64,000 bases of DNA from Lama glama (Eukaryota): assembly GCA_028534125.1 (NCBI GenBank), contig CM052817.1, positions 48,920,001 to 48,984,000 on the forward strand. The letters run 5' to 3'. The notes under the pieces were generated by a model, which had not been told where the DNA came from, searched no databases, and worked only from the letters and a program-made list of their open reading frames with translations. Below are positions 49,424-63,162 of this stretch, one piece after another. Numbering within the stretch: position 1 is the stretch's first letter; each line of letters opens with the position of its first letter. Position numbers and translations under genes: made by a program.

Positions 49424-51401
49424 TGTCCTTTTGCTTTGGATCATAAAGAAATACTTATGCATGTTTGATTGTGGCAGCTAGATAATTCAAATATAGTATT
49501 TTGACATTTGATTTCTAAATATTGTATTCATGTAGGCTCCCTCTAAATAACTATTGGAATAAGTCTGCCTTTTAAAATAAACATGGCTAAGTCATGTGCA
49601 AGGTTTATTTTCAACAGGTTTTATTATGTTCTTTTCCTTTACAGTTTTTCTTCTTCCCTCCCTTCGTACCTCCTTCCCTTCCTCCCTCCCTTCCTCCCTT
49701 TCTTCCTTCTTGTATTCTTTCCTTATTCTTTGAAACAACCGGTGTTAAGCACTTTTATAGGCACTAGGTCACATTACTGAGTAGATTAAAAGCAATATGT
49801 GGATAAAGTAAATATAAGGAATTTTGAATAAAAATTCAAGTGATCCTACTTTAATGTAAATGAAGATGTAAACCACTCTGAAATTTAACATATCTTATAT
49901 TTTAGGTTAGAACACTAAATTAAATTGTTATATATTAAATGAGATACATTTAAAATTATATTTGACAAGATAGGAAGTTATGGTATATGTGTGATATTCA
50001 AAATAACAACTGCTAACTCCAATCTCAGAAGTGGCTTTCTTATTTTATCTATAATCTTATATTCCATGACACACTGATGACTTTATAAATCTAATAGACT
50101 GGAGTTTATATTGCTATCTTTAAATAAAGGAAGAATAATACATTTTCTTCCAAGACCAACTGTCATGCCCTTGAAAACGTCAAGGTGTTTCATTAACAGC
50201 ACAGCACAACGAAACAATATTGACATCTCATGAATATGCTGCCATGAGGATACAACCCTAGCCAACTTTTATAATGCCCTTTCCTGTTTTATGGTTTTTT
50301 AATCCCCTCCAATGACCGGATGATCTTTAGCTATCAATTCATACTATTGAGAGAAACTCAAAGCTGGAGAGTCCTTGACAGATTCTTGAAGTACATTTTC
50401 TAAGTCCCCAAACAGCTGAGCTGTATGTTATATTACTATGTTATTCTACTGTAATATAGAGATATGAGACGAAAAAATAGAAACATTCTTTAAGTGCAAC
50501 TGGATGTAAGATATTTGTTTGCATCTAGGGGATTGAAAAGATATAGAAATTGTCCTAAGTTACTTTCATATTAATCTGGGAGACAAACAACTATACAGAC
50601 TGTCTAGGAGCGTGTTGAAGGCATTAGGGAGTCCTTGGATATAGGAGGTAATTAACAAGGGTAAGATGATACAGGAAAAGTGCAGTCCGATAATAAGTAA
50701 GCCGAGTTCAGAAACTTAGAATATTAATGTCACGCATGGGAGAAAGAAGAGGAGTCCATGAAAATACCAGGAAGAAATAACCAAATGAAGACACTTATAA
50801 GGAAAATGTCAGGAAAAAAACAGAACATAATAAATAGAACTAAGTAAAATGGAGACCTTCAGAGGCAACTTGCTTAATTTTCAGCTGCCATTTTCTCACT
50901 TGCAGGATGATAGAGTAATAGTTTTGAGAAAAAAATTGTGAAAAATGCATACAGTAGAGTTGGTCAGTACATTTTAGGATTTATAATTGTCATTCTTACT
51001 TTTCTCACCATTATTACCATTAAGAAAATAGTTTGGATAAGGAGCAAAAAGACTGAGAGGTTCACTTTAAAATAAAGAAGAATCAGGAAATCTTTTCAGA
51101 TTACGGAAAAGTTGATGTTCATATTTAGTGTCTGACTGGGTGGTTGATGTTCTAAAGTTCTCAGTATTTTACACAAAGAGGGTCAGCGAGGAGAAAAAAG
51201 TAGAATAAAGCTAATGTAGACATGAATTGAAATAGCTTTTCTGTAGAATGCCTTTATTTCCACTTTAAAAACGTAATGTCTGAGACGCACATCCTTCTAA
51301 CAAAAGGAAAACCTGTAATTTTGATAACTCTACCTATTTTCTCATACATGGAGATAAAGGTCAAAATAAAATTGTAGTCATTATTTTGACTATGTTTTCT
51401 T

Positions 51402-51532
51402 TTTTTCTTTTTTTTTTGGTGGGGAGGTAATTACACTGACTTATTTATTCTTAGAGGGGGTATTGGGGGTTGAACCCAGGACCTCATGCATGCTAAGCGT
51501 GCGCTCTACCACTTGAGCTATACCCTCCCGCC
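51402..51532 (-). mobile_element. Camelid tRNA-derived SINE
   Basis: gggttgaacccaggacctcatgcatgctaagc core; 16-bp TSD ttgactatgttttctt at 51386 and 51533. Confidence 0.9.
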
Positions 51533-54500
51533 TTGACTATGTTTTCTTGAAATTAATATTTACATTTTACTATTTCATTTTCTCTCAGCTGTTTACAACC
51601 ATAAAACAGATATGATTCGTGTCAAAATCCAATGACTTACATGGTTTGAGTTGATAAATTTGTCATCAACAAAATAGGTGACTGGAGGTCGGAACTTTAT
51701 GTCTCACTTAGCAAGTTGAACCCTACTATGTGGAATTTAGTCCACTGAATTTGGGTCGTGGAAGACTCACATACTTCAAGTGAAGTTATGTGGTGATATG
51801 TTTACATGTGACATAAAAATAAATCTTTTCACTGCTTCTCTAGAAAATTCATTTACTTTATTTCTTTTAGGCTGGATAATTTTATGTAGTCAGAACAAAA
51901 CATTATTGTTAATTTTGTTTTGGTTATTATGTTAGACTCAATAATATGCTATTTGCATATTGGTTTGAGCTCCAAATTAAACTTGGATTTGATTTTTCTA
52001 TCATTTGTTTTAAGGAAACATTTCTAGAGTGTATTAAGAAAGCCCCACTGGAAACTGTCTCCTTTAGTACCTTTGTGGCCTTTCTGGGTAATATAGAAAA
52101 GAATGTATGTTTGAAGGAGACAGCTAGATAATTAAAATCAATAATTTTAAGAAGAAATTCTAAATATTGTGGTTACATAGGCTCTTCTCCAAAATACACT
52201 AATCTCTAATACACTCTTCTGAACAATTGGGATCCTTTTTAAAGAAAAATGCTCCTATACTAGTCACTTTCGAAATGGATTTCAGTATGTTTGACTATAT
52301 TCCTTTTCTTCATGTCGTTTTCCTTCCTTCCATCTTTCTTTCCTTTCTTGCTTTATTCACTATCATCCAAACAGTAGTTATTAAGCACTATTTAAGACAA
52401 TGGGAATATATGTTATATGACCCTTTGGAGAGAAAATGATAAAAGCAAAAAGCCTATAAGTTATTATAAATTTAAGTTTCAAAGTAACATCTGTCATTTA
52501 AATGGAGAAGTTTAAAAATTAATTTTCAATATAACTAGACCCATATTTTAGCTTGGGAAATTAAAATATAGACATTATTGTTCCTTCTTTTTTATTCGAC
52601 ACTCTAGAAAATGTGCAGAATATGCTTGACAGTCAGGAACGAAAAGAACAGACAATAAACCCAGAAGTGGCATTTTTATGTCCTACAGTTTCGTACTCCA
52701 CAAACAAGTGATGGTTTTAGAAGACTGATGGACAAGAACATGCCCCACTATTTTGTAATAAAGGGGGGGAAAAGCACTTTTATCTCCATGACCCCATTCC
52801 ATGTCCTTGAAAATGAAATGGTGTTTCATTTGGAAGACAAATACTCATCAATGTGCTTATGTGATTTTGTAAGGATGGTACCAAGGTTCTCTACTTCCTT
52901 TTTCTGTTTTAAGTGTTTTTAAGGACTCCAGTTAATGGGGGGAGAAAATCTCTCACTGCAAACATATATGAATGAGGAAACTTAGAGTCTGGAGAGTTTC
53001 AGGAGAGAGTACAAATCCTAGAAGCTTATTTAGTTATCTGCAAAAGCAGCTACATAAATAATATTTTTCTGTTTCATCTTATTATAATAAAAAATATAGA
53101 TCTGACAGATTTGGAACAAGATGTGGTTTCACATGAATGCATTCTGTGAACAAGTGATTCAAGTGAAAAGGTACTCGTGGTGCTTATATTTTAATTTGAG
53201 AAATATAAAAATAAACAGAGATGTTCAGAAGATAATTGGGTATGCCAGTCTAAATTGAGGGGCATAAATTCAGAATCACATCTAAATATTTCAACGTCAT
53301 CAGACCATAGGTGAGAATTAAAATTCTCAAAGTGGCAAGATGATAGGGGAAGAGGTATATAGAAGAAAAAGAGGCTGGGGAGGGACCCTAGAGGATATCA
53401 GTGTTACATCTGAGCAAAAGAAATCAATGAAAAAAGAAAGAGAAGTAGTCCTAGGAAGAGAGGTACAAGGAGAGTGCTGAGCAGTGAGACTTCATCCCTA
53501 GGACCAAATGCAGTCGTGCCCTTGGGGACAAGGTACAATTGCATCTACTGCATTGTTGTTAATAATTGTAAGAGTTTTGAAAATTGCGCCTCTTGGGGAG
53601 TGATGGAAATGTTAGCTATCTTGATTGTGGTAGTGGTTTCATTGGTGCATACATCTAACAAAATTCATCAAACTGTACAGCTGACATAAGTGTAGATTAC
53701 TATACAGGAACCATACCACAATAAAAGTGTTAAAAAGTAATGATTGTGAGAGTTAGCTGAGACAGAGGGTATTAATCACAAGGCACATGATGGGTGCTCA
53801 GTAAATTCTAGCTGTAAAATCATTATTACTACTTTCATCATCATTCTCATGAGAAAAGAATAGCTTTGGAAGGGAGTAAAAAGAAAGAGAAAGCGATGTT
53901 GGCTTTGGACTAGAAGATCACATCTTTGGGACTGGAAGGTGAAGGTCCACGTTCAAATTTAGATCAACTTATAGAAAGATTAGACTGGGAGGTTGATGCT
54001 TATGGTTGATAAATTTGATGTCTTCTTTGGTGAAGAAAGGGAGATTATTTTCTGCTAATGAGTGAAGGAGAGAAAATTCAAGCCCTGTGGAGAATAATGG
54101 AATGACTAATGGTTTTTGAAGACCAAAAAAGGAAATATAGCTACCTTCTAACAACAAGAAAATATTCGGTAAGGAGTTTTGAGTGTTCAGTAAATTAAAA
54201 GATACATAAATAAACAGGGGGCAGTTATATGGTTGGGAGATATTTTTTTTCCTTTAGAATTTAGCTGACTGGGTAAAATGGCAGTGGGAGTAAATTTTAA
54301 GGATTTCCAGTGTTGGGGTTTTTCCAGGCAGGATGGTTAAAGGCAGAAAGGCAGTGTGAACTATTAACAGAATAGTTAAAAACGATCAATGATGGAGTCC
54401 AGGTAAGTAGGAAAGGAAGGCAGGCAAGTGGAAATAAATAGAATGGATTGCTGTGGTGGGAGAGGCTTGACTGACTGGAAGAGTCTTTGAAGTGAAATCA

Positions 54501-54747
54501 GAAGTCCCCAGCTTTTACTCATTTTACCCTTCTGAAATACATATGTCACATAATGCCTCTCAGGTGGTCTCCCACCTCAAACCGATTGCATAACACAAAC
54601 CGCCATGTGGTAGTAGTCTTCACTGCTTCCTGATGCACTTTCTTTGAATTCCTCACATCCCTAGGTTTTCTAAAGACATGCTTAGCTTTTTCATGCATTC
54701 CTGTTCCTCTACGCTTGTACCCACCTCAGTGAATTTGCTTTGCTGTT

Positions 54748-55160
54748 TGCTGAAAGAAGCCATCAAAAAGATTGTGACAGTCAGTTGACCCACAAGGGAG
54801 GTAGGGAGGCTCTTTGCCCCCTCCCCTGGGCATTCCGCTTGCCTTCCATGATGCCCAGAAACCGCTCCAAGGATACAGCCTTGAAACAGAAATGTGCTGT
54901 TGAGGCTATTTCAATCCGGCTGAGTCCTACTCTGTACACCACTGAATCCAGTTAATGCCTCTAAATAAACTTTTAAGATTCCGGTGTGTGGTGTGGAAAT
55001 CCACTGGTCTTGCAGCCACCCAAGACAAGCCTTGCAAGTAAGTTCCCTTGCTTATTAAACCTGGAGAGGTCTGCCTATTTGTTTGGTCTGTCCTTGCCCT
55101 CCGTGTAAGGGGGTTACTTTCATATTACACTCAGTAAGCTCTCTATGAGGTTGCAAAACA
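54748..55160 (+). mobile_element. Solo LTR-like element nested in an L2 fragment
   Basis: TG...CA ends, internal AATAAA/ATTAAA, higher GC than the flanks. Confidence 0.55.
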
Positions 55161-55997
55161 GCACTGTCTTCTACTGTGTTTCTCCAGCTCATTCTCACAT
55201 TATTTTCACTTCACTGGCCAAACTTCCGCTTGTCGGAATGGCCTTTCTGACCGCCCTATCTAAGATACTCCTCTGCTGCTCTGCCTTGTTCTTTAGTGCA
55301 AGTATCTCTGCTTGGCATACCATGTATCGCTGCTGCTTTTTTTTTTAAATTGAAGTAGAGCTGATTTACGATATTGTGTTCGTTTCCGGTGTACAGTACA
55401 GCCTAGTGATTCATTACCATGTCATGCTGCTTTTCTTGTTTGTCTTCCTCCAGTGATGGGAATGTAAATATCATTAAAGCCGGGGCCTTGTTTTATTTTC
55501 TGCTGTTCAGTAACATCTAGGAAAAATGTTTGGCGTATTATTGGTGTTCAGTTTATTGAAAGAAAGTCTAAACTGCTGATGCAAGGCCTTAGAAGGTTTG
55601 CATTCTCAGGGCCTGACTTGCTTCTTGGGGAGTCGTACTGTGGGCTCTCATCTGGGCAAGTAGGGGCTATGATTGGAGACCTGAGCATTTTGGTGAAGGT
55701 TGTTTGTGGTAACAGATGGGAGCAGGAACGAAGCAGAGAGATGTTAGGGTGAGGACGGAACGGTACCGAGAGCACAGCTTATTGTATTCGTAGCATTCAA
55801 AGACAGTGTGTATAATAGGCATACTTGAAATGAAGGGCCCTAAGTGTATAAAAGTGATTTCACTGTACCCTAGAGCCACCAGACAGAGCTAGGCTCTGTC
55901 CACAGAACTGTGAAAACATAAGATTCTGGTTTGTAGCCACCACTTTTGGGCTTTGTTAAGGTAGCCCTAGAAAGCTAATACAACAGGATAACCAGTA

Positions 55998-56279
55998 TAT
56001 ACTTGATGGATCAATTTATTATGCATGGCAAGTTTTTTTTTTGAAATATTTTAACAAAGAAAAGAAAATAGAAAACAATCAAGTACTTCAAAGGACAAAA
56101 TTACTACCATCTAAAAAAATCTTGATAATTGTTCACAATTTTGTGTTGTTCATGGAAAAGTAGTGATTGCATTTTCTTTTTCATTTTTGTTCTTGTTGTT
56201 ATTCAGAAAGATGGGATTTGGACATAGCAAGAGAGTAGCAAGATTCATCATGAGTACAAAGCAAATAGCCTCATCAAGC
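55998..56279 (-). other. STATH: STATH-like terminal 3' UTR exon
   Basis: Acceptor tttctttttctgcag|GCTTGAT at 56280; AATAAA at 56015-56020 (minus). Confidence 0.7.
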
Positions 56280-56399
56280 CTGCAGAAAAAGAAAATACAC
56301 TTTTTATTGAATCTGAACTACAGACGAAGTTCTTGCTAGTACCGATATGCTTTTTGTTTTTGAGTGATATCCAGACATACTTCTTTCTCTCTGACCAAG

Positions 56400-56785
56400 T
56401 ATTCACAATGGCCCATTTGTAACTTCCAGCTTTGTCTCCTTCACATGTTAGTTGGCCTCCTCTCTTTCCTGGTGCCCCTATCTCTGCTTGCCCCCAAGCC
56501 TGGACAAGGACTAAAATGTGGAACATGCCTCCTTAGCGGCTTATCCTGAGAATCAAGTGACCTCATGGGACACTTCTTCAGTCAGATCCTTCAGGCCATT
56601 GCCTTACATTTGCCCAAATTCCCCCAAAAGTTTCTGCTAATCTTGATTTACCTCTCTTTATCTAACAAATTGCTTTTGAGACCCTTGCAGATTTCTGAGA
56701 TTTGAGCATTCTTCCCCTTACAGTGTTCTCCATTCTGAATGAAATCTCTCCTTACCGAAGTTTGCTTTTGTTTTTATTTGAATTG
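56400..56785 (+). mobile_element. LTR-like fragment in the last intron of the STATH-like gene
   Basis: LTR-like composition and motifs only; family not identified. Confidence 0.4.
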
Positions 56786-58913
56786 TCACAGATCCTTTAC
56801 CAAAAACTGTGCTTATTTAAAATTCTACATATAAAAATGCTTTATTAAATTATTCTAAAATATTGATATAACCAGTCTCTATACTAATTTGGTGCTATAT
56901 CTATCACTGTTTCTTAAATCAGACTATTACTGCTCGTGCAAAATTATTTTGATAGTTTCCAAATGAACTTTCTATTGTTTGTCTGTACTCCCTCGCACTC
57001 CACCTGGCTTACTCCTCCTTTTATCAAATGCCTAAATAAGGCATCCAATCATGCCGCTCCTTTGTCAAAAGATATTCTGGCTGATGATTGCTTGTTTTTA
57101 CATCCATCTTTAAAACAGATGATAAAACTAGAAGGTAAGTTTCAAGTGCTGAGACTGACTTGACGGTATTTATACCTACAGTGGCTATCACACTGCGTGC
57201 TTATGAGTGGAGTGGTGACGAAATAACTGTTGAATGAATGAATACGAGTTTCGTAAAATAACGATGCAAGAGGCTGTATTTAAATCCAATTATTTCATTG
57301 CAGTCTTTAAAAGAACTCCTTTATTTCCATGTCTTCAACTCTCCTAGTTGAACTAATTATATATGAGGCCAATATTACTTTTCTAGGTAGTTCAGGGATG
57401 TGAGAAATAGTGAGTGAATATTGAAAAATTCAGGAGATAATTTCTATCATCTTTTTTCCCTCCACTTGTCACTTCTCATTTGAGTTTCAGCGGTTCAGGT
57501 TTGCAGTTCAGTCCACTCGGACTTACGCTTTGAATGCTTTTCTCCTTTCAAAATGAACGTAGTCAAAATATTTTCTTCAGCTTCCCTTACTTAAACCCCA
57601 CCAAACATATGCATAAAGCAGCATCCCCTGAATTTAAAAAACCAGAAGAACAACAAAGAAACAGGCAAGCAATAGAAATATTGTCTCTTTTCTGAGAGCC
57701 AAATTTGCCTAGCACATTGATTTCCTAAGCCAGTCCTGACCACTTGCATCCATTTCTTTTTATTCTCTTTCCCTGATTGGTTCTTCCATTCAGCACATCA
57801 CCAGATCCATTGATTGCCTTTCCTTAGGGCCCTTTTCTCTCATGTCTTTGAAGTCTTTATCTCACCAACCAATTTAATTCCCCCTGCCTCTCCACTTAAA
57901 TATGCACACACATTTCACCTATGTTTATCTGTACCAAATAGTATTTTTAATATATTCTTTCTTGATCAAATATCTCCAGCTATTACCTAATGCCTAGGGA
58001 GTGAAGTTCAGACTCTGTCCTATTATTAATGGTAACAGGGAATTCAATTTGAATAAATTCTCCACCTCCATTTAAAAATAATTGAAATCCTTTGGAATTA
58101 TTTCAGCTTTAAGTTGTGGGACAGCATTCTTTTATCTCCAAAAATATTGTTTTACCTAGTAGTGAAATATCTAATATTGCAGAGAATTTAGAACCTTTAA
58201 TGTTGTTTTAGATAAATTGACTTTCTAAATGTGAATTGGTTCTATATCCTTATTTCTTGTTGGTATTGTATTAATTGCAGTGGTGTCTATTCTAATTCCT
58301 CATCAGAATTCTCAAGGAAAGTTTCTCAAACATTATTGAGTTACGAACCATGTAAGGATCTTCTTAAAATGCAGATCCTGGTTCATGAGGTCTGGCTGTG
58401 ACTTCAGACTCTAAATTTCTGACAAATTCCCATGTGATGTTTGTGCAGCTGCTCCAGAGTTTACAATTAGAAGGAAAGCTTAAAAAAATATATGCAGGTG
58501 CAATCTTAGCAGCAGGGCAGCCTACAGTCACAATTATATGCGATTCTGTTCAAGGGCTTTTATGTAACAGAACATTTATTAGTCTCATGATTCTATTAAG
58601 AGGTTAATTATTATGATAATACCTATTTTGTACGATGGAAAGTTGTAGTTTAGAACAGATTAAGAACAGTTCAAATAATTGTTAGGCCAGGATACAAGCA
58701 TTCTAGTCTTGGCACCATACCAGGACAGATGAATTCTTTTGGAAACATTCAGATAAATAAGTACACTTAGGAGAGCTACACCAGGCAACATTTCTTACAC
58801 TGGAGCTGCTTTTGGTTTGATTGATTGCTTTGTCTTATTTTAACTGTCATCACTGATACTTGTGGAAAAAGTAAAATGTCACTAGACCCAGCTTACCTGT
58901 CTAATCAGTCTGG

Positions 58914-61363
58914 TTACTGATGAGCCCTAAAAGGAAATGGATCTTGAGGTTGTGGATAAATAGGTATTGGCTTAAATTGTTGTATGTATGGATTCTGATA
59001 TATGCGATTCCCTCTCTGTATTCAAACAAAAGGAGAGAGAACATTGCAGAGAAATTGAGACAATGCCAGTGCAAATATTTCACAATAATTCCCTTTGAAA
59101 ACTTAGGTTGTCATTATTGGTAGGACTTTATACATCATCTACATGATTGTTTTTTCAAACTTTTAGTTAGATTCCTACTGTTTTATGAGAAAAAATGTCT
59201 TTAAAAAGGTAAAAGAATAAAGCATTTACATTTTTACTGTTTGTTGACAGTTTTGTTGTTACATAATATATATGGGGGCATTGATTACGGCCAGCCACTG
59301 AAAAAAGTTTTAAATATTTTTCTGTAATATTAACTCCAAGCTTTGCCCAACCGTGAGAAGTCCAGGGAGGAGGAATTTACTAGTTCTGGGTTAGGTGGGA
59401 CTGGTTCTTCTCACTCTTGAATTTTAATAAGCTTACTGTCTCCAAACTGGTACATTCTTTAACATTCACTTCTGTTAATTCAAATATCCTTCATCCTTCC
59501 TTCTGCATCTTTTTATTTGATGCCATTTTACACTTGATCTTAGCCAAATGGCTGAGAAGTGATATTTGATGCCATTTTAATTTATCTACTTACTATACTG
59601 GTGTAAATTTTTGAGAACTTATAATGTGGATATGCCATGTCAAAATAATGTGAGAGATCGGAGATACATTTCATTAAAAAAATGTGAAATAAATTAAATT
59701 TCCTATTTTACTTAACATGGCTAATTTAACTTAATGACTTCATCACCCTCCAGAAGAATAAGTGGGAAACTGATAACATCAGAAATGTTTTTAGCAACCT
59801 TTATGTTCCATTACGTATATATCATGCCCAAAAGAATTAGAATTTCAACCATTCTTTAGGCCAAGGCAATTATTTACCATACAAAAGTACTTGAGATCTG
59901 AGAAAATAATTGGACTCTTCAGGTTGGCATTATGAGTTTCTACCTAAATGCTACTAATACATAACACTACAGGGGCTTTTCCCAGGGTATTTTAAATCAA
60001 ACAATCAATCAATCAATGTATATTTTAGTCATTCATTATATAAACAGATTTCAGAATTAGGTATGGCCACCTCAGAGAATAAATACTCGGAGAAGAAAAT
60101 GTGTTGTTACTATTCCATATCATTAGAGAAATACTCACCAGGAAACGTCTCCTATGAAAATGTTCCTGTTAAAATAAAGAACAAATTAAAATTTTAATAC
60201 ATGCTTAATTTTCAACTTCTTCAGTGAATGAATGTGTCTTACCTCTTCAGACGAATCAGCTCCCTTGGGAAAAGAAAAGAAAATAGTTAACATCTTAATT
60301 TTATAACTCAAGTTTAAGTGTAAAAAAACCTCTTAGTTGTCACAATTGTGAGCAAGAGAAAATGGAGGTAAAGTCTTAGGTTAACTGATACAGTAGGTTT
60401 TTTTTTATTGTTTAATGATATCTTTAAAATGAGTGAATAATAGATTTTTATTGTAATTAATTTGCTATTTTCAAACATCTCCTTGAAATTTCTTTAGTGT
60501 GTGAAAGGGAAGAAAACCCATCTCTGTGAGTAGGAGAGTGAAAATAAAAAGGTAAACTTTAGATTTGCTTAGGACAAATGTATTTTATTAGGATATGTTT
60601 GAGTAGCTCAAAGTTACTTACACTCAAATATTACTGAGCTGATAGAGCCAGGTATTACATTTTTCTCTGTTCTTTTTAAATTTGTATTTTTCCATTTCTA
60701 TCATTTCATGAAAAATAATGTGATGGATTTTGATATCATAACCAAGTTGTTTTTTAAACATCCGCTAGTATTTCTCTATTACTAAGCACAAAGAATACCA
60801 AAGTAAAAGGGACCATTAATTTTAGCAGAAAAAGAAACAAGGATATGGAGAAAGGGAGGAGGAGGAAAAGAAGGAGGAGGGAAGCAATTCAGAGAAGTCA
60901 AGTTTTACCTAATGACACAAAGTAGTAAATGACAAGACCAGCTTGGAACACCTGGTAGGTGTAGAGCTTTTAGTATTTAAGTGTCTTTTATCAGCCTCCC
61001 AGCCTCACATCTTTATGGGGCTCTTACGAATTTTATTTTTACATTATGCCAGTTATGCTTCATGAGGTCTGAGCGCGTTTAGTATGTTTAGGGTGTGTTT
61101 GAGTATGTGCATGTGGGTGCACATACTCAAAATACATTTTAAGTCATTAATGACCTATGTAGCTTAGTGCAAGAAAAATGTTCATATAAAAACACTAAAA
61201 TCTATCAAGGCATTTTAAATAAATACAAATATTGGCCAGAGGACAAGAAATATGAGAGATACTTTAGACAATTATTGATAGCATATTGTTCAAAATTGCC
61301 CGACATACTTACAATCATGGCTAACATGAGAGCCATAATAAAGGCAAAGAGAAGGATCTTCAT
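58914..61363 (-). CDS. STATH: Statherin/histatherin-like secreted salivary phosphopeptide, 66-aa precursor
   Basis: Phase-0 exons: 61313-61363 MKILLFAFIMALMLAMI; 60243-60263 GADSSEE; 60139-60165 EHFHRRRFL; 58914-59015 RGNRIYQNPYIQQFKPIPIYPQPQDPFPFRAHQ* (exon 58897-59015). The signal peptide and DSSEE N-terminus match statherin/histatherin. STATH versus HSTN assignment is not certain. Confidence 0.85.
59529..59563 (-). pseudogene. 3'-truncated U2 snRNA retrocopy with 16-bp target-site duplication
   Basis: ATCACTTCTCAGCCATTTGGCTAAGATCAAGTGTA matches the U2 5' end at 32/35; flanked by atttgatgccatttta at 59515-59530 and 59564-59579. Confidence 0.9.
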
Positions 61364-62234
61364 ATTGGGCAGAGTCCTGTGAAAGCATATGCGAAAAATC
61401 AGTAGCACATTCACTGCTGCCTTTACAAACCAAACATTTATTGATCTAACTGTGTTCTGAAGCCTTGTGAAACAGATGAGAAATACAAAGACAACTGAAA
61501 CACACTGCTTGAAATAGTGGAAATTAGAGACTAGTAGGGACCTTGATAAGTAAAGGCAAATGTTGTGATATCGAAACACCACATTTCTACAAACATTAAC
61601 AAAACAGACATCTGAAACAGGCCAAGCGAATGGCGGTGTTAAAAAAAGAAAAAGGTAAAATTTGCATTACAGTATATAGGGTAAGTAAAGAGTTGTTGGG
61701 AGCTCATAAACAAACAAACAAACAAAAAAATGCAGCACCATGAAAGTGAAAAAGTTCAGCTTGTAAGAAGGGCAAAATGGAGACAGACTGACCACTTAGA
61801 TTGTCGTGAAGTCATAGAGGCTTGAAATAATGACATTAGTGATCATAATTAAAGCAAAGTTTAAAGAGATGTTTAGAAGGTAGAATGACAAGGACTGAGT
61901 TTATAATAGAGTTAGTGAAGGTGAGCTAGTTTTCTGGCTTGAGAACTATGTGGATGGTGTAACCTGGTAATAGAAATTTAATAATAGTGGGTTGAGAAAA
62001 ATCAAGTTGAAAATAATTTTCAGGAAAAATATTTGTAGTTTTTTGTTTTGAAATTGAATTAGTAAAATGATATAATCTTCCAAATATTCTTATTCAAGAA
62101 ATTAACTGAATGTAGGACTCTTTGATTTGTACTTATAATTCTATACATGCAAGTAAACACAGTTCTCCCGTTGTTGAAAAAGACTTAAAGCAGATTACAT
62201 CTGAATTATAAACATCCAAATAAAAATATTTCCA

Positions 62235-62750
62235 CAAATACATCATACACAAAGATAAACTGAAAGTGGCTTAAAGACTTAAAGATAAGATAAGATAAGA
62301 CACCTTAAATCTCCTAGAATAGAACATAGGCAAAATATTCTCTGTCATAAATCGTAGCAATATTTTCCCAAGTAAGTCTACCAAGACAATAGATAGAAAT
62401 AAGTGAAAAAATAAATAAATGGGACTTAATTAAACTAATAAGGTTTTGCACAACAAAGGAAATCATCAGCAAAAAGAAAAGACAACCCTTGGACTCAAAG
62501 AAAATATTTGCAAACGATTCAACTGACAAAGGCTTAATTTGCAGAATATACAAAGAGCTCATGCAACTCAATAACAGCAGCAACAACAACAAAAATTAAC
62601 CCAATCAAAAATGGGCAGAAGACCTAAACAGACATTTTTCCAAAGAAGATGTACCGATGGCCAATGGGCACATGAAAAGATGCTCAATATTGCTAACTAT
62701 CAGAGAAATGCAAATCAAAACTACAATGAAGTTATCACTTCATACTAATC
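62235..62750 (+). mobile_element. LINE-1 ORF2 fragment in intron 1 of the STATH-like gene
   Basis: [24 protein letters not shown] and upstream L1 ORF2-like sequence. Confidence 0.88.
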
Positions 62751-62825
62751 AGAAACAGAGAAATAAATGTCAAGAAAATATAAAGGCTACTAGCATACCC
62801 TTGCAACAGAACACATCTCCTCCAT

Positions 62826-62879
62826 TTTACACATCAGTCACTTTGTACAACATTTACACATCAGTCACTTTGTACAACA
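62826..62879. repeat. 27-bp tandem duplication
   Basis: tttacacatcagtcactttgtacaaca occurs twice. Confidence 0.9.
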
Positions 62880-63066
62880 ATCACTGTCAATTCAGAGGCA
62901 TTAAGATCCTGTATCCTTCAGATTTGACATAGGGTGATCATTTCTTTAAATTATTTCTGTATTATTAATTATCAATTATCAATAAATAATATGAACTTAA
63001 TAAATATTCTTCAGATTATTCTACCAAGCAAAATATTAGTAGAAGACATCATATTAGGCACAATAC

Positions 63067-63130
63067 CTTTCACCCAAGATGAGACTCACGCGTCAGAGAA
63101 GCTGAAATTTTGAAGTCCTAAGAGAGGATG
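63067..63130 (-). other. STATH: STATH-like non-coding exon 1
   Basis: Ends GTCTCATCTTGGGTGAAAG|gtattg, resembling the recalled human STATH/HTN exon 1 end; a second possible donor gtgagt lies at 63084-63089. Confidence 0.7.
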
Positions 63131-63149
63131 TGCTTCCCTAGAGGACTGA

Positions 63150-63162
63150 AGTATTTAAATAC
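63150..63162 (-). promoter_or_regulatory. TATA-like box (TATTTAAATA) of the STATH-like gene
   Basis: Same TTTAAATA motif as the CSN1S2 promoter, ~25 nt upstream of exon 1. Confidence 0.7.

Noticed and set aside
61205..61582. 125-aa ORF as a single-exon gene
   Set aside because: Only MKILLFAFIMALMLAMI is coding (STATH-like signal exon); the rest is intron read-through.
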